The translations under genes and the position numbers were made by a program. The notes beneath the pieces are model-generated. The model was not told the origin of the DNA, did not search any database, and saw only the letters and a list, made by a program, of their open reading frames with translations. A stretch of DNA of 63,989 nucleotides, filler included, from Diploschistes diacapsis (Eukaryota): the NCBI GenBank assembly GCA_023645945.1. It is 4 parts of 4 records of this genome, joined end to end, with 100 filler letters (N's around TTAATTAATTAA, not from the genome) between each part and the next. Parts side by side here need not be neighbours in the genome. Positions count along the whole stretch, not along the records: positions 32,972 to 49,293 come from JALAIB010000511.1; positions 49,394 to 63,989 come from JALAIB010000596.1; 2 more parts are not named here. One strand, given 5' to 3'. Position 1 is the stretch's first letter. Each line of letters opens with the position of its first letter. Below are positions 47,694 to 61,485 of this stretch, in pieces.

Positions 47694-49293
47694 ATGATTA
47701 TGTTCGAGCCTGCGCGCAGGTCGACCCGTAAAAGGGTGAAAAATAGAAAGTATGCGGACAGTTTCATAAACCCTGCCGACATGCCTACAGACCTCGTCCG
47801 GTCCGGCTCCAGGGATTCCCCGTTTCTTGTACCCATTGAGATTGATAACGCCGAAGACCAAGACTTTCAGCAAGATCTTGTACGGGAGGAGGAAGATGGA
47901 ATTGACGAAGTACTTGAAGACGAAGACTTTCAGCAAGATCTCGCACAGGAAGAGAACGATAAGTTCAACGAAGTAGGTGACGACGAGAACGGCAAATCCG
48001 GAGGCAAAGGTCCTATAACCGATGATTCCGACTTTGATACTCCAGATGAGGATGGTCAGCATAAAACCCCCGAACCTGGCTCTGTCGACAAACGCTTGAA
48101 GCAAAAGAGACCCCCCCCTGATGAGGATGAGTTCCATTCGCGCGGAATACCAGCTAGCCATGGCTCCATCAGCAAGTACGCTACTACATTCGACTTAGCA
48201 GGCAACGACCCTCAGGATCAAGAAAGCATCATTCGTGAGAGAAACAATTGGATCGACTATGCAACCTTGCCTCCCCGCGTCATGACCGGTGAAGGGAATG
48301 GTGGAATGGACCATCCTTTGGTCTTTACTCAAGAGATGCGCGATGCCGAATCCCAAAGTTTTAAGGAATGGTATCTGGAGCAAGGTGGACGGGAAGAAAT
48401 GAGCAGGGCCCAAAACACTATTTCGCTCAGCGATGATGACGCCAGAACATACGCACAAGATGTACTGCCTTCACACAGCGTCTTGATTGGTCCCTACGGG
48501 AAGCAAAAGCTCTTCGATATTGTTCCTTCAGAGCCGTTGTCTTTGCGAGAAGCTTGGCATGCAACAGAGTCCCAGGCAGAGCCAAGTCCGGATAGCAGAA
48601 CCACGCATCAGTTACGAACTGGATGGCTCCTGAACCTAGGAGAGAGGATTCGGTGGCTAGATTGGGCTCCACACCACAGCGGAGCCGTGCAATATCTTGC
48701 TGTTGCAACCGCTTCAAACCCTCCACCAAACCATCCGAAATGCACCGCATTTGAGTCAGTTGAGCCGTACAAGGCAATCATCTATATTTGGTCATTCGGA
48801 ACGAAGCTCGTGAACGGCGTACGGATCATGAACATGGACGTCAAGCCCAGAGTTGTGCAAGTGGTGTGCACCGAATGGGGAGCAGTTCGACGTTTGCAGT
48901 GGTGTCCTGCAGCTGGACCTGGATCGGTCAAAGGCAAAGAAAATATCGAGTCCATTGGACTTTTGGCCGGTATCTGGATGGACGGGTGGGTTCGGGTTCT
49001 TGATATCAAAGTTGACAACACCAGCAAAACAAGATTTGGTAATTTGCTTCTCGAGCAAGTCTGCTAAACACTCGCTAAACATCAGCAGTTAAATATCAAG
49101 GCGCAGCCTTCGCCTCGAAGCCTCCGGATACGGTCTGCACCTGCCTCAGCTGGCTCTCTTCCACCTGTCTTGCCGTTGGCTGCGCAAATGGCTTTGTGCT
49201 AGCCTGGGACATCGCATCGCACATTCTCTCCCTCAAATCCTCCCCACGACAAGCAACTCCCCCCACCTCATCCACCAACCCATCCAAATTCCC
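47694..49293 (+). CDS. TFIIIC tau-B WD40 subunit (Tfc6-like), 3' end lost in the gap
   Basis: Acidic N-terminus, GWLLNLGERIRWLDWAP...QYLAVA, WGAVRRLQWCP and GLLAGIW.DG.VRVLD. Confidence 0.7.
47853..47978 (+). repeat. 63-nt in-frame imperfect tandem duplication (EDQDFQQDLVREEEDGIDEVL / EDEDFQQDLAQEENDKFNEVG)
   Basis: gaagac(c/g)aagactttcagcaagatct at 47853 and 47916. Confidence 0.8.
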
Positions 49294-49393
49294 NNNNNNN
49301 NNNNNNNNNNNNNNNNNNNNNNNNNNNNNNNNNNNNNTTAATTAATTAANNNNNNNNNNNNNNNNNNNNNNNNNNNNNNNNNNNNNNNNNNNN
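49294..49393. other. Artificial scaffold gap linker hiding the 3' ends of two convergent genes
   Basis: N-run with TTAATTAATTAA; both flanking ORFs run into it. Confidence 0.95.
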
Positions 49394-52300
49394 CGCCATC
49401 CCCTCTCCCTTCTCGTCCTGATTGATGCAAACCCAATCCCAGTCCTCCCCCACATTCCTCTTCAGCACCTCCTCCGCCTCCCTCCTTTCTCCTACAACGC
49501 CCACCTCCGCCGCGCCCAGCGCGTGCGCAATAAGCACATAAGGCCCCATCGCATTCGCGTTCGCTTTGCCTCCTCCGACAAGCAGCACCCTCGAATCCTT
49601 CAGCCACTTATCCCTCGCGCCGACCATCTCCATCAGCGACACCGCGCCGCCGTCGTGGTGCTCGAAGGACAGCGTGCGGCTGCAGACGGCGCCGTTGAGG
49701 AAGTTGCTGTTGCCGCTGGCCAGCAGGTAGGGGCGCCAGTCCTGTAGTCTGCCGGCCCGCACGCAGTCGCCGACCCAGCGCGTGTGGATGCACGGGATGC
49801 CGAGGGCGAGGGCTTCGAAGTATTTTGTTGTGCGGCTATGGATGTCCGCCAGGAGGAGGGCAAAGCGGGCGTGGGAGGCTGGTTCGGTGAAGGCGAAGCT
49901 CGGCTTGGTGGCTGTTGTGTTGCTGGAAGCAGATGATGTGGGAAGGTCTTTGCTGTTTTTCGCTGGCCTGGGTTTTGAGGGCGAGGAATTCCGGCCAAGA
50001 TTGGGGACGTTGAAGAGTTCTTCGAAACCGTTGGCAAGAAGAGTGCCGCCGTTGTCGGCGATGGAGCGTTGAGTGCTGTAGCGGGTGTGATCGTTTAGAA
50101 TGTTGGTCATGGCGAAGATAATGTTGTCGAAGAGGACGCTTCTTTGGTGAATCATGGACTTCGAAGCTGTTATAGGCCGCTGGTTGGTGGAGAGGTTGGA
50201 AGCCGCTTTTGCGGAGCGCATGCGTGATTGGGGCGTCGAGGGCAAGGATGAGAGCTCCGAGGGCGTGTAAAGGCCTGAAGCAGGACCTTTGAGAGATTGG
50301 TGGGCGTACTCGCGATCTTTGAGATTGGACCACAACTGCTGTGTGAAGTATATATCCTTCATTCCCACTAGTTCTTCCCGACTGGTTTCTGTGGAATCCT
50401 TCTTTCGCTTGGGCCGGACTTTGACTCTTTGGTTTCCGAATACATCCGTGAGTGGATATTCGTGGCCCTTTGCATTTTTCCCTCGAGCCGCGTCCTTCTG
50501 CAGCCCCGTTACGGTATATGTTTGAGCTCGGTATCCCACGCGATAGACTTTGACAAGGTCGCCCTCTTTAAGCTCCAAACGTTTGACTTTGTTGACCACT
50601 GTAACTGTGCCGTCATCAAATCGGACCTTGAATGTCGGATCGGTAGGATCGCCTATAGCAGCCAGGCAGGTTGCAGTGAAATACCCTTCTGGCGAACCAT
50701 TAAACCAGGCAAAAATCCGAGACGGTACATGAGTTGTGTGTACTTGTAGGCTTTCAAGGCTAGACTGCGGTCTTCTGACAGGCTTGTCGCGCCCAAGGGG
50801 ATGCGCCGTCATTTTACTATTCCCAGCAGGACTATGTTTAGAAGTGGTCTTGAGAGGTTGTATGACGACTGCAGGTATTGCAAGAGCTTTGGGTGCTGTT
50901 CCGTGCGTGGCAGCTCTGCTAATACCCTCGCTTCGTTTGATTACTTGAGGGTATTTTGCCGGTTCACTGTGCTGACCAAATTGACCGACTTGCTTCGCTT
51001 CAACTTCCTTGATAGACTTTACGGACAGGCTTCGAGGTGCGACGGGAGAAGTTCTTACTCCCGTTGCAAGCTCATCTTCTTGCTCGATTGTAGGCTCTTG
51101 GTTCACCCCCGAAGCTTCCCTCATCGAACCCTTCGGGGATGAGTGAGTTTTGCTGATAGAAGAGGGCTCCATCGGTACGACTGGCCTTCCACCAAGCCCG
51201 CGTCGCCTTTTCCGTGCCGGGCCAACAGGGCTGGAGCCTTCGAGCCGTTCCATCTGTTCCCGGAAATTCATGTCTTCTACTGTGAAGAGAGCCAAATCAA
51301 GATCTATGCCGTCTGTTTCCTCATCTTCTTGTATTTCGGGAGCAATCGCCGTGAACGGCTGAGGCTTTCGGGGAGATGGTCTTTTGGGCGTGATAGGGAG
51401 AGAATTCCTAGAGTACCGAGGCGAAGCTATGTTCGGCGGCTTCTGCACCAGTGTTGGACCGTCAACATTCCTGAAACTCTGCTCGTTACAATTTGGAGCG
51501 AAGGCATTCTGCTCCGCTCTAGAGGCATGTGCTTGAGCTACCTCTGAGTTGGGAGCCAAGCCAGACGAGGTCGCTTGTTCGAGAGGCCGAGAATTGCGTG
51601 ACTGGCCTGAGTTTGTCTCTGGAATGGTACTGTGAAACCTAGGCATTGGGGCAGAAGACAACCGGTCATTGTGGGGTTGTGTATTATGGATAGGCTGTGC
51701 GCTCGACTGATCTTCTCGTGCTGCCAAAGATAGCCTTTGCTCGTGCTCAACGAGTGGTTCGATACCAGTTGAATCATTATCATCATCATTGTCATTGTTA
51801 TCATCACTGCTTCCGAGACCAGCAAGAGATGCATTAGATAATATGGTTGGTAAACCAGGTCTCAGAGGTATTAGAGGCGGACTGCTACCGGGGGATATTA
51901 TTTGTTGTGCTGTAGGTCCGCTGGATATGTTCCGCGGACTTGTCTGTAGAATATCGAGTTCAGCTTGCGGCTTTAAGGGAGGGCTTGTTGTTGGCGGTGA
52001 CAGAGTTTGTTGAGACGACAGAGCAGCTCGCCGACTACCTACAGACGCATGAGCCTCAGAGCTTATCGGCGCTCTGCCTGTTTGTGATTGAGGAATGACC
52101 TTTCTGGAGTTATTGGAGGATACGGCGTCTTCTTTAGGCAGGTTAGGGATTAGCCCGCATGGAATTTTCTGAGAAGATTGGGAATCCACGATCGTCACCA
52201 ACTGCCGTCCCTGATCTGGAATCCCTTGCCGCTTGGCAAAGTCATTGTGATTTGGGTTCTCTTTGTTCGTAAGTTCGTCTTCAAAATAGTCTTTTTTCTG

Positions 52301-53817
52301 TGTTGATGCATCGGGGCGAATACTTGGGCTAGAAGGTACATTTGACCGACCCAAACGCGAAGCCCGTTTAACTCTTAGTCCAGTCATGGGCACTTGAACA
52401 TGAGCGACGCCTCTATTCTCTTTGTTTTCATCTGTAGGATCGGTCTCGGACTCCATAGATGGTACAGGTGGTCCAGCCTCATCTTCTGACGCCGTCTCGT
52501 CTTCGGAGTCAACACTGTTAGCCCCATCAGAAATCACAACTACTTCGCTAGGACCTCCAGCGGGCGTGGTGGACCTCTTAAAGCTTGCCTTGCCAGTCAC
52601 GCCTTGATTTTTTGAGCTTTCTTGAGCACTACGTCGTGACGGCGCTCTGATATTGTCGAACACAGCTTTCGACTCTCTTTGGACTCTGCGCCTCTTGATG
52701 TGGCGATCCAGATCGCGACTATCTTCGAAAATGGCATCGATAATAGCACTATCCTTATCGATCGGAGAAGAAGCTCGATTGAGCCGAGCTTGCCTCTGTC
52801 TTTCCTCCTGAGACATTTTCCGGGATATGTACTGTGTATGGGGTTCGGTGATTGCTCTTTGGAGCGGAGTGCGCTCGGCCTTGTTCGGAGAAGAATGGGA
52901 GGGGGCAGTAACAGGCCTGCTCGCTCGTTCAATGATGGGGGATAGGTATTCGGATACAATATCCGAGGGTAGATCATTGACGATTGCCACTTGTAGTCCA
53001 GGCGATGGTAGGTCAGAAGAGGGTATCGTAGGCAAACGCGCAGCTATGGGGGAGGAAGGAGCTTGAGTGGCTTTGAAGATTTGGCTTAAGCCCATGATAC
53101 CAGCATCATGCGCAGCTTGCTTAGCGAATGGGTTTGTAGGGAGACGGGGCGTTGCAAACAAAGCTGCATCCCCGCCGGTACCATTGCCTTCTTTCCTATT
53201 CGTGACGGGTGTCTCTGGCTGCTTGAAGCGTTGTTCTTCTGGGAAGATCTCAATGTGGATATCTTGTTGAGGTGAGGCACCAAGCTCAGCGTCCTGGGTA
53301 GCGAAATCGGACGGAGGCTGTTGAAAGTGTGATATAAGATCCACATGGCCTGTTTGACCAGTCGTATAGGTGCTATGATGATCCCTATTCGCGTCTTGTC
53401 GGCTCGTAATATCTGGTTTACTTGCATCCACCATCCATTGCGAGAACTCTTGCGTGCCTATGCTCTTTTGAGACCCATTCGAAAGCATTTTCAACCGAGG
53501 TATGGGTGGCGGAGGACATACTCCGGTGGCAACTGGCGGGTGGAGTTTTAGATGCGCTTGTGGCCGTTGTGCGTCTGATTCACGAGGTTCAAAAGACTCC
53601 GTAACCTTGAAGTCCAAGTTCACAAACTCGTCGTCTGGAATCGAGGGTTCATCGCTCCGAAGAGATAGCGTGCCTTCGTGCTGCAGGGATGATCACGTCA
53701 GTAGCGCAATTATAGAGCTGCCGAAGACCAGGATTATCGGGAACTTACATTGAGAGGGGAACTTAGCGCATCAACTCGGAATTGGGAAATCTCGAGAGAA
53801 TCATATTCCATTGCCAT
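49394..53817 (-). CDS. RAD9: DNA damage checkpoint mediator Rad9/Crb2 (53BP1-like; Tudor + BRCT), 3' end in the gap
   Basis: Long SQ/TQ-rich disordered region, Tudor-like RIFAWFNG...YFTATC...KVRFDDG, and BRCT HSRTTKYFEALALGIPCIHTRWV. Likely ATG at 53817 before an intron. Confidence 0.85.
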
Positions 53818-53930
53818 CACCGCGTCGACGGAGTAATCGTTTACTATCAAATCTTGCTGTCTAATATGGTTGTGCAGGGTAGGATGGCGAAGTCGTAGGT
53901 TAGCTAAATCCCCGTGGTTCGCTAAAATTA

Positions 53931-53941
53931 ACGCGACGCGA
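53931..53941. promoter_or_regulatory. Tandem MCB-like elements (ACGCGACGCGA) upstream of the RAD9/crb2-like gene
   Basis: Two overlapping ACGCGA motifs about 115 bp upstream of the ATG. MCB-type CGCG elements are typical of G1/S DNA-metabolism genes. Confidence 0.4.
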
Positions 53942-54280
53942 CTGCAGGCAAGCGCGTGAAGTAGTATAGCCAGTTCTGGTAATGTTACAGTTTCTGATTC
54001 AGTATACTCAAAATGGTATTCACATCAACGTGTGATACCAAGATAGCACAAAGAACTTATATAAATAAAACAGTGACTAAAGTAATAGTGTAAAACATGT
54101 TTTCTAACAGCATCATTCTCATGGTTGTGTTCTTAATGATCAAAACCACTTTCGCAACCAGGCCATGCGGCTTTCCCACCCAAAAACTAAGCAAATAACG
54201 CCTTGGCCGAGTCAAGCATAATTTTGCAAGTACAACGCCTATTCATAATCATAGATTGCTGCCCATATCGTTCCCCGACC

Positions 54281-57089
54281 CTATGCCTCCCTCACACCTC
54301 CATCGGACCGTTCTCTTAGCGCTCCTGCCTCACTGCTTCCGCGCAGGTTTAAGTTCCCGATCCTCTGAACAATACCTTTGCCAACGGCATCAACTGCTCC
54401 CATAGGCTTCATGAGACTGGGCCCTCTGTTTATCTCTTTTTCCACTTTGAATAGTCTGATTGCAGTGCCGTTCCACACTCCAACTGTGCCTCGCTCAACT
54501 ATCATCTCTGATGCATATATGAACGACCAGAGTAATGATTCGTACCAGCCCAGTGAGAGGGGTGACCATTCAAAGCTATGTATACGGGGTCCTGTTGGCT
54601 CAATGGTAGCGGGCCTCTCATTAGGGGTCGCATTCTCTGGACATGACGAAAGTAGCGTTAAAACAGTGTGCAGAGGTAGCGATGGAAGCCATGTTTCAAT
54701 CTATTTTGTGTTAGCATGACCCGTAGGGGCGTCTATGCAAAAGAGCTCACCCATTGAGGCGAGGGCGTAAAGGTCGTAGAGGTCGACAACGAAGTCTGGC
54801 CGCTGAGACTTGTCATACTGTTGACTCTCGAGAACGTTGGCGTCCCAACCGGCATCTTTCCCCTGGCCTTCTCCGACATTCCTCGAAGTTGTGTTGGCAT
54901 AGAACTGTCAATGGAAGAAGAAACTGAAGATGTGCGTGAATGACGATTCGTGGTCGATGAGTTAGATGGAGGCTCTGGTGAATACTCTTCATCAGCATCC
55001 GAATCTTCGTCATCACCAATAGCAAAAGCTCCTCCCTCTTCCGGAACATTGCTCAGGGTGGGAGTCATGGCACTAGCTGGGCTACGTAGAGCCTCGATCG
55101 AGTCCGCCCGAGCGTTGTGGGCTGGGCTACGTGCACCATCAGCAGAGCCATTGGCGGCTTCTTTCCGTCGTTGTGCTAGCCTTTCGATCTCTTCTTGTCC
55201 GCTTTCTAAAGTGAAGCTTCGTAGCGCCTCGAACCTTTTCCGCGACTTAACAACCATCAAAATCAACTTTGGATTATCTGCTTCAATTAGGACAAATGAA
55301 TCTGGAGCGGCTCGGCACAGTCTACCTTTGTATTTATGCTCGACGACAGCGTTAATGGCCTCGAGCAGAGACGTGAGAAGGGCATGATTCGTTTCATTGG
55401 CAAGTAGAAAGCTTGGCGAAGACATGGAGGCAAATAACTGCATCAGCTTCAAGCAAGAGAGTGCGTTGAGATTCTCAAGGTACGCTGCAACATTGTTGAT
55501 AATCGCTAACAATGCTGGATATATTGCGTCAAGCTTTCCCTTGCTGCCTGTAATAAGAGTATGGACAGACTAGGAAAAATAAGCCATCTTGAGAAGCATT
55601 TCCGAAAGATGGCGATACATACCACGATCAAAAAGTCACCATAGCTCCCGTTCCAGTTGTCGATGCGGATTGCTGCTGGTAGGGTTTCTTGGTTCTTGAA
55701 CGTCTTGTTGAGCTGACTTCCGAAATTCTCTTCAACGCTCAATGTTTGCAGAACAAAAACACACATTCTGACTATGCCCTGCTTGCTAGAATCCAGGCGA
55801 TTCTCAACTGCGTAGTACAGAATCAGGATAACAAAATCGTGGCCTCTGTCGGTATCTACTATAAAGGATCTAAAGCGCTTATTGCATTGAATAGTCTCCC
55901 AAAAGAGCATTATCATTTCCGGAGCCCAGCGCACTGGTTTGTGGCTGCCTGGCAGATATGACGAGGTGGCCGTCAAGGGCTGGTGCAGCGTCCTGGACAT
56001 CCCATCACAGATGAATTGAAAGTCCTGAGGCCTGTGCAGACGACCAAGGAAATGGCGGTAGAAGTTCTTCGGCGGTGGCCCCTTTCCATCTTCAGGGATA
56101 GGATACAGAAGGAGGACCAAGAGGAATTGGAGAGATGAGGCAATATACAGATGCTTTGGGTCGCCCACCACAACATGATCATACGGTATCCGCCAGCTTG
56201 CTGGGTTGAATTTGATGGCAGTGTTTAAGAAAGAGCAAAGCATTGAAAGTACCACCTGCTTGTCCGGGCAAGTAGCCAGATACGTTATGGCTCTCACGCC
56301 TTTAATAGGCAAGACATTTGCGGGCATGTACATAGACTTGCTGGTCAAAGTCAAAAGAAGGCGGAGGACCTCGGTCCTGTTGTTCTCGAAGCGGTTGTTG
56401 GTGGGAATTGTCGCATTACAGCCAACACCACTCGTCCATATTGAGTAGTTGATCTTTGATTTCGTCCGCTCACTGACAGGAATCGTAAAGCCAGAGTAGA
56501 ACAAAAGGTCCACGAGGGTATCTATAAGCTCTTCCGCCAGCGGTTTTGCATCTTCGAAAGTAGCTTCTGGTTCCTCGCAATCCTTCTTCTCTCCCTCAGG
56601 ATTAGCCTCGTCGAAAATAACCTCGCTTGCACCTGATTGATCTTCCCTCACCCTCTTCCTGCGAGCACCCCAAAAGAATTTCCCCTCCCAAGACTCAAGA
56701 TTGTCGGCCTCATAGATAAAAGGTAACAGTCGGGTGAGGACACGGACACAATTCAAGGCGTCTTTCTCGGGTGCGGTGTCAGGGCTCGGAAACGAAGAAT
56801 GCTGTCTCAAAGCGAACAGACGGGATGTAACTGCAAGTATTAAGGTTTCAAGGTTTGCGAGCGATGCGTCCCGAGTGCGGCGGATATCGTTGGTGGAGAA
56901 GAGGGTGAAGACATCTTCAGTGGATTCGGGAAGTTCCCAGAACTATGTGGGAGTTTAGTTGGGTGCTCGAGTAGCGCAGATCTATTTACGTACGCCAGTC
57001 CAGTAAGCATCGTCTGCTGGGATCGTCTTAGGCTCCTGGAGCTTGAAGATTCCCTGCTTGAAGACCAGCTTGGATTCAGAGGCTCCCAT
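54281..57089 (-). CDS. HID1: Hid1/Ecm30 family Golgi protein (multi-exon)
   Basis: N-myristoylation-type start MGASESKLVFKQGIFKL, ALNCVRVLTRLLPFIYE, NFYRHFLGRLHRPQDFQF and WNGTAIRLF. Confidence 0.9.
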
Positions 57090-57788
57090 TATGTTTAACT
57101 CAGAGCTTCCAAGATATATATGAACCACTAGCTCTTTGGGCTACCATCATTTTCGCGCCCGTACACTGTGTGTTGTCGCTGTTGAAGGTTTGAGCGATCG
57201 TCGGGGCCAAAACCCTTCAAGTATATCTTTGCAGTTATGATGAGAAAGCTGTCACTTCGAGCTCTTCAGTCTTAGGGATCTTCGTGGCGGAACAACAAGA
57301 ACGCCGATCTGTGATTTCGCCCAAAACAGTAAATTTGCAACTTGAGGGGTACAAGCCACCAAGCCTCTTCCAAGATCCGGCGTAGTTTCTCGATTAGTAA
57401 TCAAATACTACTTGTTATAACACACCACCAAGCGGAATATTACATTATAATGTAATTGCGCTAGATCGAGCGCTTCCATATTTGTACGCAGCTAAATCTG
57501 TTCTCAACTACACTACCCCGTTCTTCGGCCTTTAAGAAATACACATTACGAAGGTGCAGGGATTGTGTTCCGCTTGGTGGTACGTTCCGTTGCATGATGA
57601 AACACGTTATTTCGTACTGACAAATCATACATGCATACGAAGGCACCAAAGGCACCTACTATGCATGCCTGTTGAGCCTCGTATATAATCCACGGATGCA
57701 AAGCCACTTTATGCGAGTTATAAGTGCCTACAAACTTGCATTACCTTACTATCAGGCAGTGTCTATCGTAGACACATATCTATACAGC

Positions 57789-58370
57789 ATGTCCACGATA
57801 GCGTTGCTGCTCGTAGACGTTCAACAAGGGTTTGACCATCCAACCCACTGGGGTGTTTCCCGCTCCAATCCGTCTAGTGAGGACAATATCAAGCGGCTTC
57901 TCAATCATTTCCGCAACGTCGATCCCACTCCTCTAATCATCCACGTCCAACACAACTCCTTTGAGGAGAGTAGCCCACTATATCACTCCTCTGCCGGCGT
58001 CGCCTTCCAACCATGGAGCACTCCTCTGTCAAGCGAACTTGTCATAAAGAAGAATGTGAACTCGGCATTCATTGGTACAAATCTCGAGTCGGTCCTTCGA
58101 GAGCACGGAATAAGAAAGCTTTTTATATGTGGCTGGACAACGGACCAATGCGTGAGCACAACAGTACGAATGGCTGCGAATATGCATGTCTGCGATTCCG
58201 GCGATGAGAAAGGAGAAGTGATCTTGGTAGGAGATGCAACCGCTGCTTGGGGTTATGCAGGCATACCTGCGGAGACAATTCATCAAGTACATGAAGCAAC
58301 TCTTGGACACGAGTTTTGCAGGGTAATGAACACACAAGGAGCGTTGAAAGACATCTCCACGGCCAGATAA
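57789..58370 (+). CDS. Isochorismatase-family cysteine hydrolase
   Basis: ALLLVDVQQGF (Asp), KKNVNSAFIGT (Lys) and GWTTDQCVSTT (Cys) catalytic triad. Confidence 0.88.
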   Translation: MSTIALLLVDVQQGFDHPTHWGVSRSNPSSEDNIKRLLNHFRNVDPTPLIIHVQHNSFEESSPLYHSSAGVAFQPWSTPLSSELVIKKNVNSAFIGTNLESVLREHGIRKLFICGWTTDQCVSTTVRMAANMHVCDSGDEKGEVILVGDATAAWGYAGIPAETIHQVHEATLGHEFCRVMNTQGALKDISTAR

Positions 58371-58442
58371 TAGGACGCAAAGTCAAGCCCAGCAGATAGG
58401 GGGCAATTCTTTTCATGTTCTATGTGGCTTGAGCGCAACTGA

Positions 58443-59350
58443 TTAGAACACATTTCTGCTCCCTGACATTGATCGCCCCTTGTGATAGATCCACTTGCTG
58501 CTCATTGGTATTCCGGAGCTTTTCCCAACTGGGCTCGGTGTATGTGGAACGAACATACTGGAGTCCTTCAAAGGCGTCCCTGAAGCCGACGAGAACCCGT
58601 AGCTATCCCTTCTTGGTTCCGAATTACCAATTGCTCTCTGCAAAAGCGGTGTCACCTGTGGCGAAGGCGAGGCGCTGGCTTGTCGCATTGCCGGACTGGC
58701 CTTGTAAGATGAAGGGGAGCCGGCCGGACTATTACCTCGACTGCCAGGTGTACCATTCCGAGGTGTCGATGAGCGAGCATACCTAGGAGGAGTGCTATAC
58801 TTTGTCGTTGGGGTAGCGGGAGGAGTCTCGTCCGGGTCGAGTCCCAGCAGGGATCGTTGTGATGCGGTTAAGTCGATATCTGCAAGATTGTCTTTCCCAC
58901 GGAAGAGGGGCAGCAGCGCTTGGCAAACGTTGAACGCAAGAACAACATGGAAAACATGTAATGGAATATTTCCTGAGATAGCGTATATCGGTGTCAGGAT
59001 ATGATCCCGAACGCTAGGCCTTGATGTTCCCGTCAATACTGTTCAATGATAAGGCGAAGTTGTGGAGCCTACATTGAGCTCAAGCTACCGCGCAAGAGCA
59101 TTGCCGTAATGAATGCCAAACAGTTCCATAGGATCGTTCTCACATTATCCCCATCGAATGTTGCTTTTCTTTGCCGCTTTGCTATCTCTTGAATTTGGGG
59201 ATGTTTCCATATTCCTGGCGATGATGTTTCCAGGGTCGGATTTTGTTTTACTAGTGTCGAAGGGTTCGATGATTTCGAGAGGGTCTGGGCAATCTTTTTG
59301 GATGATCGAGAAGCAAGGGAAGTACTTCCAGGGACTAAGGATGTCGACAT
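58443..59350 (-). CDS. POM34: Transmembrane nucleoporin Pom34-like (NPCC domain); start may lie further upstream
   Basis: PGIWKHPQIQEIAKRQ..ATF..NVR.ILWN, two TM segments, DIDLTASQRSLLGLDP and an S/T-P-rich tail. Confidence 0.7.
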
Positions 59351-60077
59351 GCTGATTGTATCTGCATTGTTGTCAGCACTTTCGCCAGTTTGATCGTAGG
59401 GTTGACTTACCTAGAGAGGAGGGTGCAGGAGGTATTCTTCTACGATGACTTACCAATAAACGAACCTGATGTACAATTAAACTGACAGTACCTGCATTGT
59501 TAGTATCTTCTCTTGCGCCACCTTTGAGGAACAAGAAGAGCGTCTTCACTTTGGCTTTGAAGGCAAAGGAGACGTGTCTAAAGCGAGCCGTGGTCTAGCT
59601 TGGCACCAGTCCTTGTACCGCAGACATCTTTAGGGCTGAACATTTGATTTTCAAGGTTCTACACCTCATGTCCAGCAGATACTTCACGAACCTTATGTGT
59701 CTCCACAATAAGCAATCATTCCATTTGAGTGCCTCCCTCGTTTTATTGTGAAAGTTACAGAGCCGTGAAGGTAGGAAATGTATTTCTCATCTTTTAACTA
59801 GGCTCATCGTTTCCCACCCAGACTAGCCAGGCACATTAGTTATGCTCGGAGGCAACGAGATATCATTTGTCTAAGGCTTCAATTCAGCTGGCACGTTAGT
59901 AGCGTGATTATCTTTAATTCGAAGATTATTCAAAAACACAAGACGAATTAGTCGATCAATTGACAACAGGATCTCCCTTTTCGGACAGCTAGCAACGAAA
60001 GTATGGAGCGTTCGGGTATGGGAATCCTATGAGGGCTTGCTCAGCAGTCATAACATCTTGCTGGAGTTTTGTCCAAG

Positions 60078-61485
60078 ATGTCCATCTGGAATCCTGAAAA
60101 TATCCGGGATATTGCTGAATCAGTGGGCATAGCTGCGCTGAATGACGATGTTCTTGGTGCTATTGGATCAGAGGTCCATTATCGTTTGGGGCAGGTCCTT
60201 GAGGAGGCTCTGAGGCTCATGAGACATTCCAAGCGGACAGTATTATCGACAAAGGATGTCGCTCTAGCTCTTCGGGTTCTCGATGTTGAGCCTCTCTATG
60301 GGTATGAGTCTACTCGACCTCTACGATTCGGAGAAGCTTCACTGGGTCCAGGCCAGCCCCTTTTCTATGTAGAAGACGAAGAGGTTGATTTCGAGAGGCT
60401 GATAAACGCTCCTCTACCCAAGGTTCCACGAGAGATTGCTTATACTGGCAAGCAGCTTCCCTATGCGCAGCAGATCCGGGCTAATTACCGTAGCACATTG
60501 GCTTGCCGTGGAAGGTGTTCAGCCTTCGATACCTCAGAATCCAACAACATCCGACACTCGAAATCAGGACCTTCTACCCAAAGGAGCTGGAGCAAACCCT
60601 AACCTTGCGGCTATCAATGGTAGCGATGGGGCCGGATCAAAACCCCTCGTTAAACATGTACTGTCGAAAGAACAGCAGCTTTACTTTGAAAATATTTGCG
60701 CTGCGATTATCAGCGAGCTTGATGATGCGAAACGTCTTGGCGCCTTTGCAAGCGTTCGCGGCGACCCTGGCGTCCATCAACTGACACCTTATTTCGTAAA
60801 CTATGCCACAGAAAAAGTTACACACAACCTCAGGAACCTTTTCATTCTGCGTCAAATGCTCGAATTGATCTCAGCAATGCTGAACAATGAAAGTCTCTTT
60901 TTGGATCCTTATGTTACTTCGTTAGTTCCGCCAGTTTTGACATGTCTTATTTCACCGCATCTGGGCAACCCTGGAAATTCACTTGACCATTTTCCTCTCC
61001 GGGCTTTGGCCGCCTCCATTGTGGGCAGGATCGCAAAGAAATTCGGAAAGTCCTCCTACTCTCTACGACCACGCCTTGCTAGGACGTGTTTGAAACAATT
61101 TCTTGATCCAAAGAAGCCGCTGGAGGTCCACTACGGAGCATTGTTGGGATTGAAAGCTGTTGGTAACCGGGAAGGTGTTCGTCAGCTCATTTTGCCCAAT
61201 TTGAAAGAGTATAGCATATTGTTACAGGAGGGACTGGATGGAGGCGCTCCAGGCAGCAATGCTGCAGAATACGTCATTGGGGCGATAATGGGCGGTTTGC
61301 AAGAGTTGAAAGATGAAGTAGGCCCGCTAGTAAATGGCTACGCCAGCGGCAATGTTGAAGCTCAGCGAAACGAGCTTGACAAAGAATTGGGGCCGCTTAT
61401 CGCGGATCGCATCATACGTGAAGGCGACCCGAAGCTAGTTCAAGCTGTTTTAGAGAGTTTGAAACAGTCAGGAAACAGGAGCTAG
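60078..61485 (+). CDS. TAF6: TFIID/SAGA subunit Taf6 (intron 60448-60493)
   Basis: Histone fold [54 protein letters not shown] and DPGVHQL.PYF. Confidence 0.95.
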
